Shown here: piece after piece, positions 23,984 to 35,886 of the stretch
Layout: each line of letters opens with the position of its first letter
Position numbering within the stretch: the first letter of the stretch is position 1
Origin: Selaginella moellendorffii
Lineage: Eukaryota; Plantae; Lycopodiophyta
NCBI RefSeq assembly: GCF_000143415.4
Contig: NW_003314392.1
Span: forward strand, 220,390 to 284,389
Direction of reading: 5' to 3'
DNA: 64,000 nt
Made by a program: the position numbers and the translations under genes
Notes under the pieces: model-generated
Seen by the model: the letters and a program-made list of their open reading frames with translations, nothing else
What the model was told of the DNA's origin: nothing
The model's database searches: none

Positions 23984-25414
23984 TCAGTACACACCAGACA
24001 CGAACTCGCCGCTGCTCTCCACGTCCGGGTCAATGTCGTTGTCCAGATCCATTTCCAATCCCATATCATCCAGCAGGTCCCCAGGAATCCCTCCAGTCTT
24101 TGCCTCCGCGATGATTCTCATGATGTCCTCCACGCTTTGCTGATTGGTGTCGTCGAATTCGTAGCTTGCGTCCGCTCCTTGCAACAGGTCGATTGGAAGG
24201 TTCTTAAGAAACCATGGGTGGCGCCTGATCTCAGGGATGGTGATTCTCTGTTTAACAGATGGAATTGTAGAAGCTTAGTTTGAGTAGTCTAGTACCTTGG
24301 ATGGATTTGCAACAAAGATGCGAGAGAGTAAATGCCGGCAGTCGCTGGAAATCCGCACATAATCTGGGATTGAATACTGCACGCTAAGAATTCTCTGCCA
24401 AAGGAAGAATACAGACCGAAAGAATGAAAACAATCACGACGCAATGGACTTACACCAATTGTCTTTCTGAAGTTGCGAGGATCCTCAGGATCCTCAAACG
24501 GATACGCTCCTACTAGCATCACGTACAGGGTTACACCACACGACCACACATCTGCAATCTGGGATCCAAGAGAGAAAACAACGGATTAAACAAAGACAGC
24601 AACTAATTTCGGGAACTTGCCTTGCCATCGTATTCTTTTCGAGACAACACCTCCGGAGCAATGTATGCAGGGGTTCCCACGGTTGACTTTGGTTGAGAAT
24701 GCAACACGGCTGACTGTAACGCAAGAAGAAGAGGTTGAAGCCGCTGCTCAAATCGACGTTACCTTCGAGTAGCCGAAATCACAGATCTTAAGACGTGGTG
24801 CGGGACTCCCATCGAGTAAGGTGTTTTCCAGCTTGAGATCTCGATGGCATATCTCCTGCTCATGAATTCATAGAGACAATGGGAAACACCACGAATTTAC
24901 ATACGTTTTGATGACAGTAGCTGACACCCGATATAAGTTGCTGGAAGAAAAACCTGGCCTGTTTACCAAGGAAAGTTGATCAGCAAAACAATTCAACACA
25001 AGATTTTCTACACCTCGTCTTCGCTAAATCTTCCCGCATTGCAAATGCGCTCAAAGAGCTCCCCGCCCGCCGCGTACTCCATAGCAATCGCCAAGTGTGT
25101 AGGAGTAAGCATAACCTGGAAGTAATTGTCTGGAAAAACAGAGAAGAAACGCGCATTTCGGTAAATTTTACCTCCTTGAAGCGAATAATGTTGGGATGTC
25201 TCAGTGACCGGTGATTTATGATCTCCCGCTGAACATTCTCATCAATCTGGATGGATCCAACTTTGACTCTCCATTTCCAGTTCTGGTAGATTACCTTCTC
25301 GCCACGCTCGATGAATTTGACAGCCACAAGCTCCCCTGTTTCCTTCTCACGCATTAGCCGTGCTATGCCGAAGTTTCCAGACCCTATATCTTGCACGAAT
25401 TCGAATCTATCCAT
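23984..25414 (-). CDS. SnRK2: SNF1-related kinase 2 with acidic ABA-box tail
   Basis: [82 protein letters not shown]. Confidence 0.97.
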
Positions 25415-25921
25415 TTTAACTCCACTCTTTCATTCCGAAGACCTAGCTCAGTGGAGTAGGCAAATTCTACAAGTACACATGGCCTTGCGTTGAAAGTTGC
25501 GCGTGGCGTACAAAATCAACTGCTAATGCTTTGTATAATACTGTGGAGATCTCTTTTATTATTTTAAGAGATCTTAACGGACTAGTATGCTTATAATATA
25601 AACCATCTAATTTACACTTTTTTGCCTTTCTTAAATAGATGGACACGGGGTTCCTACGAGCTTCTTTCTCAGTTTGTTTGCCTCGTCACAGATTCTGATC
25701 AGGTACGGTGAGCGGGGATCCCTGGGTGTTGGTCGACCTAGAAGCGGGCATCTGTGCCGCCGCTTCGCCTTGGGCTACGGCCGATGTACAGAAGCCTTGT
25801 CAAGCCCCAAGGCAAGGTGACTCCACTTCACGCACGTGGATCATGATGTGCCGTTGCTCGGATTGTGCACCAGGTAGATCGCGGTATAGGCCTCAGGGAA
25901 TTGATATCAAGCCACCAACGC

Positions 25922-26330
25922 CGTCCACCGGATTGTTGGAAAGCTACTGCTCGTCCAGGAACGTTCACTTTAGACACACGGCCAGGCTCATAGCGCCTTC
26001 ATTGCAGCAGGCAAGGAGTACGAGCTGCTGATTTTCCCGGATGAAAGACACATGCGCAGGGGGCTGCGGGACCGAATGTATGTGAGTTTTTGGACAGACA
26101 TTTCTCGAGAACTTGACTTGGCGCCTGTTCTCGCTCGGTGCATGACGGAGCTAAACTCGTAGCCTGCCTGGTTCATCGCCGGGGCTCCCATAAACTTCTC
26201 CGTGTAGAAGGTGTCTGTATCCATCCCAAGCCTGCACGCTGGTGACAACCTCTTGATCTTCTCTAGATATTTGATCGCTCCTTCGACCTTGACAACCGTG
26301 GGAGTGCTCGCCGAGGCCTTAAGCTGTTTC
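25922..26330. pseudogene. Rearranged duplicate of the DPP-IV last exon
   Basis: 25922-26102 is an inverted copy of 28137-28350; 26137-26232 is a direct copy of 28351-28444; 26291-26323 is an inverted copy of ~28650-28681; internal deletions. Confidence 0.9.
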
Positions 26331-26481
26331 GTTGGGCGTGCCGTACTTTACCAGTTGCTGTCTGCAGATGTTTTAGATCATGAGCATGACTTCAAGTTAT
26401 TTAAATAATTCTTCTTGGAGTATTAGACTTCTTCTTGGAGTAGAAGTGTTTATTCTCTCTATTGGCTTGGTATTGTGGACA

Positions 26482-27313
26482 ATGGAGCCACCAGAGAGTT
26501 ACGAGATAATGTTCTTCGTTCTCCATTCCATTTGTGATCAGGCAAACTGGGAATACTCAATATTCTAGCAAAGGCGAACAAGCCAATCCACGTTGATGAG
26601 ATCCGTGCCATTCTCCAAGCTGCAACAGGCCAGGCCCACAACCTAGAAATTGTGAAGGCTCATGCAATCTCTTTGCAGGAAGAACATATTTGATGAGCAG
26701 CCTGTGGGAGTCTTTGGGCACAACTCTCTATCTCGATGGCTCATACACGGTGCGCTCGCATCCTTATTGCTGTTGACAACCTCAGAGGCAGCGGAAGTTG
26801 CTTGGCACCATCTGCACGAACTGGCTTTGGATGTGACTTCGTCTTCAACTTCTGCATTTGCCAGGGCGCATGGGAAAAGCGTTTTTGAATTTGTTGCGAA
26901 CGACAATGGTTTTGCAGGTTTATGGTTGGCACTGGCCTAAAAGTGTCAAAATTGTGCAAGCCTTTCCACACATCATCCACAAACTATTGCAAGTGGCACT
27001 CCAAACATTCCCAGCTTCTCCCTCTCCAGCTCTCTCTTAATAGCTTTCTTGAATTGTTTGAGGGGATGCAACATACATGCAGGTGTGTGTATGCTCAAGA
27101 TAAAAGATGATAGATTCTAATAGCTTAAAATTTGCAAATGGTTCTACACAATTCGAACGACGAAAAGGTGGGATCATGGACCATATATTAGATCCACACC
27201 AGAAGGCACCCCTCGATCCAGAGAAAGAGCTGCTCGCATCGCAAGGCTTAAACGTCAATTTGAAATGTCTCCCTGCAATCAAGTTTGCAGCTGTCATCGA
27301 GGCCTACAAATAA
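26482..27313 (+). pseudogene. COMT-like O-methyltransferase pseudogene
   Basis: Collinear fragments VFGHNSLSRWL, AWHHLHE, AFARAHGKSVFEF, GTG..KIVQAFPHI, GIMDHIL, VIEAYK*, with frameshifts, stops and deletions. Confidence 0.8.
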
Positions 27314-28129
27314 GAAAAGTAGCTGGAATAAATCGTGTAGAGGTATTTGTCACCTTTTGTCAAAAAGTTGGTGGACGATGCTCATCGTCAACAACTCAAC
27401 CAAGAAAAATCTCTAAGAGCATCTTTAATAAGAATACTACTGAAGATATAAGGTAGTTATGACCGAGTATTGGACCGTCTCGGAGGGCGCGGCAACCCGA
27501 ACCCGGTTTGAGAGAAGAATATTCACTGAAAATGCGTCTTTTGTGCTGTTGCATGGCTTAATAGATGGAGATGTGTCCAATTGCAGTGAAAGCTTTAAGT
27601 TATGTGAGGAATGTGAAGGTGGCTTGTGTCACCTTTCAGGGACGATATAGAATGGAGAAGGTTCCTTCTCGTGATTCGTGACCTTCGTTTTGTCTCTAGT
27701 CGGTTATGGTACGTGGTGAGCGAGTGCCAGGCGCCCGGTTCAAGGTCGATCTGACCTCCACATCGGGCACCAGATCGACCTTAAACGGGGCGTCTGTGCC
27801 TCGGAGTTCCTTCAGCCCAAGGGTTGATAGAGGTCGTGGCTGCGTTGAATAGATTGTTCTTTCTCGTGATTCGCGAGCTTCGTTTTGTCTCTAGTCGGTC
27901 ATGGTACGCGGTGAGATCATCGACCATAACCTTGCAGCCCAGCCGAGCGGCCGGATCCAGGAGAACACCAAAGCCCACTGATCAGAATCTTCAACGAGAC
28001 AAAATCTCTTTCAACTCAAGTTCGCAGAGAAGAGCAAGGTGTGAGAGAGTTTGTCGTTGAGGTGCCACTTCCGGTAGAATGAAGCTTCGGATGTATAGAA
28101 TATATAAATCAATCTGTGGGAGAGTTTTT

Positions 28130-30875
28130 CTACGATAAATGTCTGTCCAAAAACTCACAAATGCGCTCCTCCATGTACATTCGGTCCCGCAGCCCCCTGG
28201 GCATGTGTCTTTCATCCGGGAAAATCAGCAGCTCGTACTCCTTGCCTGCTGCGATGAGGGCGTTGATGAGCCTGGCCGTGTGTCTAAAGTGAACGTTCTC
28301 GTCGATCATCCCATGGACAAGCAGTAGCTTTCCAACAATCCGGTGGACGTGGTGCATGACGGAGCTAAACTCGTAGCCTGCCTGGTTCGTTGCCGGGGAT
28401 CCCATAAACTTCTCCGTGTAGAAGGTATCGTATCCATCCCAAGCTGTCACGGGAGCCCCGGCTACTGCGCATCGAAACGTCTCAGGGCAGCGAGCCAGCG
28501 CCATGGCTGCCAAGTAGCCGCCGTAGCTCCACCCGTAGATTCCAATCTTGCCCGGCTTGGCCAGCCCCTGCCGGATTAGCCACTGCACGCCAGCCTCTTG
28601 ATCTTCGACGTCTACATGCCCCATGCTGTATTTGATAGCTCCTTCGAACTTAAGGCCTCGCCGAGCACTCCCACGGTTGTCAAGCTGTTTCAAGTCCATC
28701 ATATGTCAAGCAAGAAACGATCTGAAGACCAGAAGCAGCTCACCTTCCAGACCAGAATTCCTCTACTGCGGAGGTACTGCGCTCTCATGTCCACCGTGTT
28801 CGTCCATGAGCTGCAAACCGTCTGGACATTGGGGCCTCCATAGACGCTAACGACGGTCTTGTAAGGTGGCGGCCCAAACTCTTTCACGTCGGGCTTGTAC
28901 ATCGCGCCATGCAGGCTGGTGCCGTCGTTGGCGGTGATCTGGACGAGCTCTGGCGACGCCAGTCGCAGCTTCCGTGTCCAGGGCGTCAAAGCCGGCTGCT
29001 CGAAAATGGGAACTATTAGCCTGCCGTCGGCGAGCGAGCACAGCAGCACGCACGGCGGCCTCTCCAGCGAGTCGTGGATGTCCACAAAGTGCTGCATTTG
29101 GTGGTCGAGCACCACCAGATGCCTGCCTTCGCCTCTCGTCAGTCGCTTGACATGGCCACCGCCACTCGCCGCCGCCGGCAACAGGCGTGTGCTATACAAG
29201 TGTGTCTCCAGTGGACTGTCCAAGGTGGCGGTGAAGTAGACAACACCAGCTTCTTCATCCACACCCGCAATCTGCTCGACCATCCACTGCCCCTGCGTCA
29301 CCGCTCCCAAGCAGAAGCCAGTGCCGTCATACAGGTAGAGGTGCCGAAAGCCGCTTCTCTCACTGGCCCAGATGAATCCCCCGGCCAGGCGGCCGGTCCC
29401 CTTGTGGAGTGGAGTGAAGCAGTCGTGTAAGTTGATCCACACGTCGCTCGTCTCCTGGAGAAGAAGTGCCCGCCTGCCTGTCCTGGAATCAAACTTGAGC
29501 AGCTTGAGCTTGGAATGATCCCGGCTCAGCACCTGTACCGCGAGGGAGTTGTCGGGCATCCACATGACTCTGGCCAAGTATTCCTCCTCCTCGCTAGTCC
29601 CACACTCGAGGTCCATCCATGTAATCTGGCCAGCCGCCGCCGCCGCCCCCACCGCCGCCACGGGAACCACACCCAGGCGTAGCTTCACGTTGGACTGGCC
29701 AGCAAACGGGTATGCGTGATCTTCCTCCGCGTCACCTCCCACACTGGGCTTGCCTTGGTGCATTATCCTGAACGGGGGTATTGCGGATCCGTCCACTTCC
29801 GTGAAAGCAATGAACTTACTGTCCGAAGACCACCAAAAGCCATTCCTTCTGTCCATCTCCTCCTGCCAGCAGCGAGATTTTTTAAACTCTTGAGAAGACA
29901 GGAAGCCAAAGAGAGCGTGACACACACATACCTGAGCAATGTACTCCGCAAGTCCATGTGTCTGTCCCCAGGAAAAAACGTAAAGAATAGAATAAGCAAT
30001 GATAGTAAGAAAGAGAGAGAGAGATGGACTTATAGCCTACCTTCCCGGATGATCTCGCATTGTGAGTAATCCGCCTTGGCTCGGCGTAAGTAATGGGGAC
30101 AACGTGGATCTCGTCGTCCCGGACGTAAGCAATGGATAAACCATCGGGAGACAACTGAGGATCGATAATTGGAGACCACGAAGTGCTGGCCACCCTCAAT
30201 CTCAGCTCCGCTCCAAGCCCATCCTGCACGTAGATCTGGCCAAGAACAAAGCCAAGATGATGTGTGAGTGAATGAAATCATGGAGAGACACGAATGATAT
30301 ATGCTTACTCCGCCAGGAAGAGGAACCATGAGATGCGCAGTGGCGGCGCAAGCTCCAGCGCTCTTGGCCCACTCGTAGCGCGTCACTCCCAGCCCCCGCT
30401 CGCGCAGCCTCTCCCTGCGCAGCTTCTCGGGCGTGGAGAGATTGCACTCGTCGACGCCGCCATTGGGTGGCGACACGAGCAGCAGCTGCTGGCGCGTCTC
30501 GGGATCGAACGCAAAGATCTTCCTGCTCAGGGTGGCATCGGGGCTGAAGAGGAAGGAGACGAGCTTGTCATCGGGGCTGAACGCGACGGAGGAGGGAGCC
30601 ACGAATCCGGGCAGTGGATTCTGGACAATGTCTTCCACAGGGAACAAGCTCGCCGTAGCAATGTCGTCGGCGCTGCTGTGGCTGTCAGTGGCGGGCATAG
30701 TGGCGGAGGAAGGAATGGTGCAAGCCCTCTTGTTGGCACTGGATCCTTTACCTCCTCCTCCTCCTAGGCCATCCTCCTCTTCTTCTTCTTCCTCCTCCTG
30801 TGCTAGCTGCTTGGTCGCCTCGGTTGCTGGTGCTGCTCTGGGCGTGGCGGCTAGAGCGCATTCCCCAGAGTGCAT
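28130..30875 (-). CDS. DPP4: Dipeptidyl peptidase IV (family S9B); alternative start MPATDS at 30698
   Basis: GWSYGG nucleophile, [33 protein letters not shown]. Confidence 0.96.
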
Positions 30876-31199
30876 TCCACACAGATTTCCTATCTGACCT
30901 CTCTTCTCCCAACCCTAGATTGTCCCTGTCTGACCTAATGCCCCGTGTCCTCTTTATCTTTACCAGTGAGTGCCACTCCGCCATCCCGCCAGCAAACGGC
31001 CAACGGGGCTACACACCTCTAGCACATTGGAGTATAAAATTCAGATGTAAGTAGATTATTGGTTGTTAAACAGATTATTGTAACACAAACTATAAATATG
31101 TGAAACAAAGACTAACATATGCCAAGTTTAGTAAATTTGTGTTTGAACATTGACGTTAATATCATTAATAAACTTTAAATAACAAAAATGTCATTCTGT

Positions 31200-31580
31200 A
31201 TAATAAAATTTACAAGCATTTATTTCCTAAAATGAGAATTATATTAATTAAAAAACCCTAGCTTATATACAGGAGCAAGTGGTCCGGATTAAAACTAATC
31301 CAATATCTATCAAAATCTCATTATGCTAATATTAATATATAATTGTTAATATATAGTTGTTAATATTAGTATACGGCATTGTAACCATACACTTAGACTT
31401 TACATCATCCTTTATTCTTAAAAGGATGGAATGCAATCAAGGTTCTTTAGGTGATAATTTGGGATTTTCAGGAACATCAAGAGGAGGCATTAGTGGATTT
31501 ATAAATGGTATTAATTATTCATGATCCTTTTGTATGAAACACTTCAACTATTGTAAATGCATAATTTCTAGAGGATCTAA
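31200..31580 (-). mobile_element. Degenerate 3' end (pol tail, PPT, 3' LTR) of gypsy family X
   Basis: ~31505-31580 matches the reverse complement of ~63930-64000; 31251-31404 matches the X LTR at 57893-57971 plus 59081-59120; purine tract at 31405-31420. Confidence 0.75.
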
Positions 31581-31589
31581 AGATTCCTT

Positions 31590-32566
31590 ATTGCATGATA
31601 TAAACACGGATGAGTTACACTTCATTACCTAACCATCCCTTGAAGAAGAGAAAATGATTTTTGTAATTGATTCTTTATCCTTAATGACTCTTTTTAAACT
31701 TAACTTGACCAAACCTCAAATTTACATTTGCATTGCCTTTAGTTTAATCTAAAAACAGTTTATGAGAGAGCATAATAATGATTACTTGAACCAATAGATT
31801 AATCCCTATAGTCTTGATTGATCAACTTATAATTATGTATAAGAAGGATCTATTAGTGCTATGCTAAATAATTAAAAACCAACATATTTGCCACTTATAA
31901 CAAACCTAAGGGAGGTTTACTTTTACCAACAGTACATGGAACAACTCTCGGTAACCACATCTCAATCCATCATATGAGCCTAAGCCACAAGTTCATACAA
32001 TTTAGTAAAAAAAGGTAACCAAAATCCATACTCAAGAAACATATGCAAAGTTATAACACCCAAATATGTATCCACTCAGATCATTATTTTTATCTTTGCA
32101 TATGTAATAAGACTAGTTGCCCAATCTTATTAAATAATATTTGCTAGGTTTCATCCTCTGATACTAAATGTATGCATATGGTTTTCATTTTTTGTTCTAT
32201 AGTGATTTACCACAGGATAACCATGAAGTAGAACCAAAACCCTCCGTATGCCACATGTCATATGCCATATGCCTAAGGATAGTGGAGTAGAACTCAAGTT
32301 TCAAGCCTTGGGAGTAACATAGCAACAACCTTAGAGCATCCAACATCCTAATACCAGGACCAACACACAAAACAAAGCCAAATAAAGTTTGGCGCTATTT
32401 CAGTTTACCGGTGGCTTAATGCAAGGATATAAATACTTCACAAGCTAGCATGGAATGGAACTTGAACTTAAACGCAAGTAGGAGTTAGACTATGCCTCAG
32501 GTTAGTTGGCCATATCTGACCTAACCACTATCCCTATTATACATTTGGAACCCCCTATAACCCCCT
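31590..32566 (-). mobile_element. Family Y fragment: LTR (32169-32559), iMet-type PBS and 5' internal region
   Basis: Reverse-complement homology to ~42795-43960; degenerate PBS TAGTATCAGAGG. Confidence 0.8.
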
Positions 32567-34644
32567 TGTTAGACACCACATAATTAACATGGGTCAAAGT
32601 GAAGTTGAAAGATATATTAAGGCATGTTAAGGTAAAGAACTTAACCTACATTAGGGCTCACAATGGAGTGGTGGTGCAGGTGGTTGGGTGGTAAGGAATC
32701 TCAAGAAGAAGTGTAGTGTAGTTTAGGGAAATTAAATCTTTTGTTTTTTTGCACTGGGTTCTAACATTAGTATCAAAGGAAGTAGTTGCAATGGCCATCC
32801 AAGATGAACACTAGAATCCTATTTATCGATGATGGTGCTAATAAAGCTATAGAGGTTTAAACCATTCAAGATGTTATTCATAAGCTACAAGCCCTTAATA
32901 GAAATTAGTTAAAGATGCAAGATGAGATACATGGCATGATGAATACCATGTGTGGGCATGTTAAGGCACTCAAGGCTTGATGTGGTTGCGCTCCAAATAA
33001 GACTTCCTTAGTAGATCAATTCAAGATTCTAATTTTTTTTTGTGATGGTGGTATGATGGATTAGTGTCTAGCTTGGCTAAAAATTCTTAGCTGTTAAAGG
33101 AACTCCAGATCCAAAGGTTTTAAAGGCTATTCCAATGGTTTTACGTAATACGAGGAATTGGCTTGAGGAGTTTTGTGTTGTGGATAAAAAACCATTAGTA
33201 TCTATTATATATGAGTTTGAGGCTACTTTCTGTTCATGTTTTGCCCCTCACTATGATGTGGAAAATGCTTGCACAAAACTTTAACATTTCCAACAAGGGA
33301 AAATGACACTTGGGGACTATATTGAGAAGTTTACTTGCTTGATAAATGAAGGATCCATATCAGAATACGTTCTATTTCATTGATGACCTTTATAGTGAGA
33401 GCATGTGGCAACACTTACGTCATTCTCAGCCTACAAAGAGTTTAGAGGAGTTCTTTGATATGGCTCGTCAACTTGACAATGACAAGCACAAGTCTTACAA
33501 GAATTCGAGGAGTCCTTCTATTCAGAATCATAGTGATGATTGCCGTGGATACAAGGATAAGAACAAATATCCAAACTAGAGTTTTTGGTGACTACTTTGG
33601 ATACAAAGAAGTAATAGTTCTTTGTGAAGAATGATAGTCAAAGTTATTATCATTGCAGCGAGCTTAGACACTACAAAACTAATTATCCATAACTAAAGAA
33701 CAAGCAGTTGGGCAAAAATAAAGGGCAATCTTGTAGTGACAGTAAGTTAGATATTAAAAAGTTGCAAACTTTGCAACATGAGGATGATGAGAACAACCAT
33801 TTTGGTTGGAGGAAAAGGCTTTTGATCATTACTCGTCAGCTCAATTATATGTGGAACAAGATGGAGATTGAGGACCCTCGTGCATTAGTTTTAATGTTCT
33901 ATAGAGGTCTAATATAGATTTTACTAGATAGTGGAAGTGATAATAACTTTATTTCAGCAAAGTTTGTTAAAGAGCACAACTTAGTGATACAAGGAGTTTT
34001 TTCATATACAATGGAAAGTATAGTTACCCCTACTCAACATTTTAATGCTTATGTAAAGGGGCTAGAAGTGTTAGTTGGCAAAACCACACTTGTAAAGACT
34101 TTTTATCTCGCAGATATTTATTGTATGGATCTTTTTTTTGGGATGCCATAGTTAGTGACGGTTGATCTAGAGATAAAGTGGAGCATTAAGCCTATTTCAC
34201 TAGAGTATAGTGGTGTTAAAGATGTGTGGTTTGGAGAGGGAGTTTAACCTTTAGTTGTTATACTCTCTATTACATCTTTGAAGTGGGCTTGTTATAATGA
34301 AAAAACACTTTTGAATTACTTGTTGTTTACTTGTGACTTGAGAGACCAAAGCATGTGTAGAGGAGAAGCAACAATGTGGGTGTAAACCACAAATTTTTCC
34401 TTTCCAATTTGTCAATTTACCTCGTCTATCCGTCCAACACGAACTTGGTTTTTGGTAAGTTCCCTCACCAAGGTTCCCGCCTATGGTACCAACTCCTACT
34501 TGGTCCTACTTGGTTTCAGCTACTCACTGCATGAGCAACAGAGTGTTAACCATCCATCCACGGATTCCCAAATCTCTCCCAATCCCCCTCCCCAGGTTAG
34601 ATTAGTGATCCGACGGCCCTGATATACGATCCGCGGTAGCATTG

Positions 34645-34744
34645 NNNNNNNNNNNNNNNNNNNNNNNNNNNNNNNNNNNNNNNNNNNNNNNNNNNNNNNN
34701 NNNNNNNNNNNNNNNNNNNNNNNNNNNNNNNNNNNNNNNNNNNN
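34645..34744. other. Assembly gap (further gaps at 58092-58304 and 58813-58912)
   Basis: Runs of N. Confidence 1.
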
Positions 34745-35119
34745 CCCCCCCCCCGCTTCCATCCTGAAAGGAAGGTCCAAGCCCCTAGGAAGGGCGAGGA
34801 CCAATGAGCCGCATGGTACTCAAGTGGGGCACCACTCCACATGAGCTGGGAGCACCGCAGTCGGTTTCCCTTTCGGGAGTGGGAGTTGCTCTTGAGCACT
34901 TTCTTGGATGGCCCCTCCGGCACCAACCACGTCCATGCTCACTCCCACCCAAGGCCCCTCAGTCCCAGTCCTAACCTCAAGTCAGTTTGGAAGCCCCACT
35001 GGAGAGTTCCTTCAAAACTGGTTCCTGGACCTCACTATCCTTACTATACTTTTGGAACCCCCTACAGGCCCCCCCCCTTAGGAGACGCATGCTTTGGGCT
35101 TTCACCCCTTGACCCGTAT

Positions 35120-35415
35120 TAGTACTCGGACTTAGTCTCTGGCTCGATCTCGGACTCGATCTCGGATCTGACTTCAGATTTGGTCTCGGACTCGATCTCG
35201 GACTCAATCTCAGACCCGACCTCGGATTCGACCTTGGACTCGGTCTCGGACTCGATTTTGGATCTCGGACTCCGTCTTGAACTCGGTCTCGAACTCGATT
35301 TTGGATCTCGGACTCCGTCTTGAACTCGGTCTCCAAGTCGGCTTCGGACTCGATTCCGGACTCTATCTCGAACTCGGTCTCCGAGTCGGTCTTGGACTCG
35401 ATCTCAGACTCGGTC
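35120..35415. repeat. Degenerate 6/12-bp minisatellite (CTCGGACTCGAT) in the Z LTR; also at 41530-41780
   Basis: Directly visible. Confidence 0.9.
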
Positions 35416-35886
35416 CCATCTGATGAACTTTTTATCATTTTGGTCATGCTTTCGGGGATCCTTTAGCCTACGACACTTTGGGGAGTTGGTTCCTTACAAT
35501 TCCACCACCCATAGAAGAAGTTCGATGCCCACATCGAACGTCTCTTTTTTATCCTACAACTTGTTGACCATGTCTCCGAGGCATCCCCCCACTTAGCGGT
35601 ATGCCTAAGTTAACCTCCCCAGCCAAGAGCCTATGACAACAGAATATAGGTGTCCTTATACTCCTCACCTCACCACGCCCTAGTATGGGGTCGGGACTTG
35701 AACCCAACCTTGCTTTACTAAGGGGTTGGGACTCGAACCCAACCTTCGTAGAATACGTCTACGGGTTCGACATCCCCGCAGAGAGCTGGGTGTAGTTCCC
35801 TACGCCTGGTCAACCTAGCTAACCCATGCTAATTAGCTTACCTTCGGCGCGCCTTCGGGTCCCAACATATGCTATTGCCCAACTTC

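Noticed and set aside
25700-25910. Coding-like fragment (VLVDLEAG..)
   Set aside because: Could not be assigned to any family.
34977-35447. 156-aa repetitive ORF
   Set aside because: Translation of the LTR minisatellite; its length differs in the other LTR.
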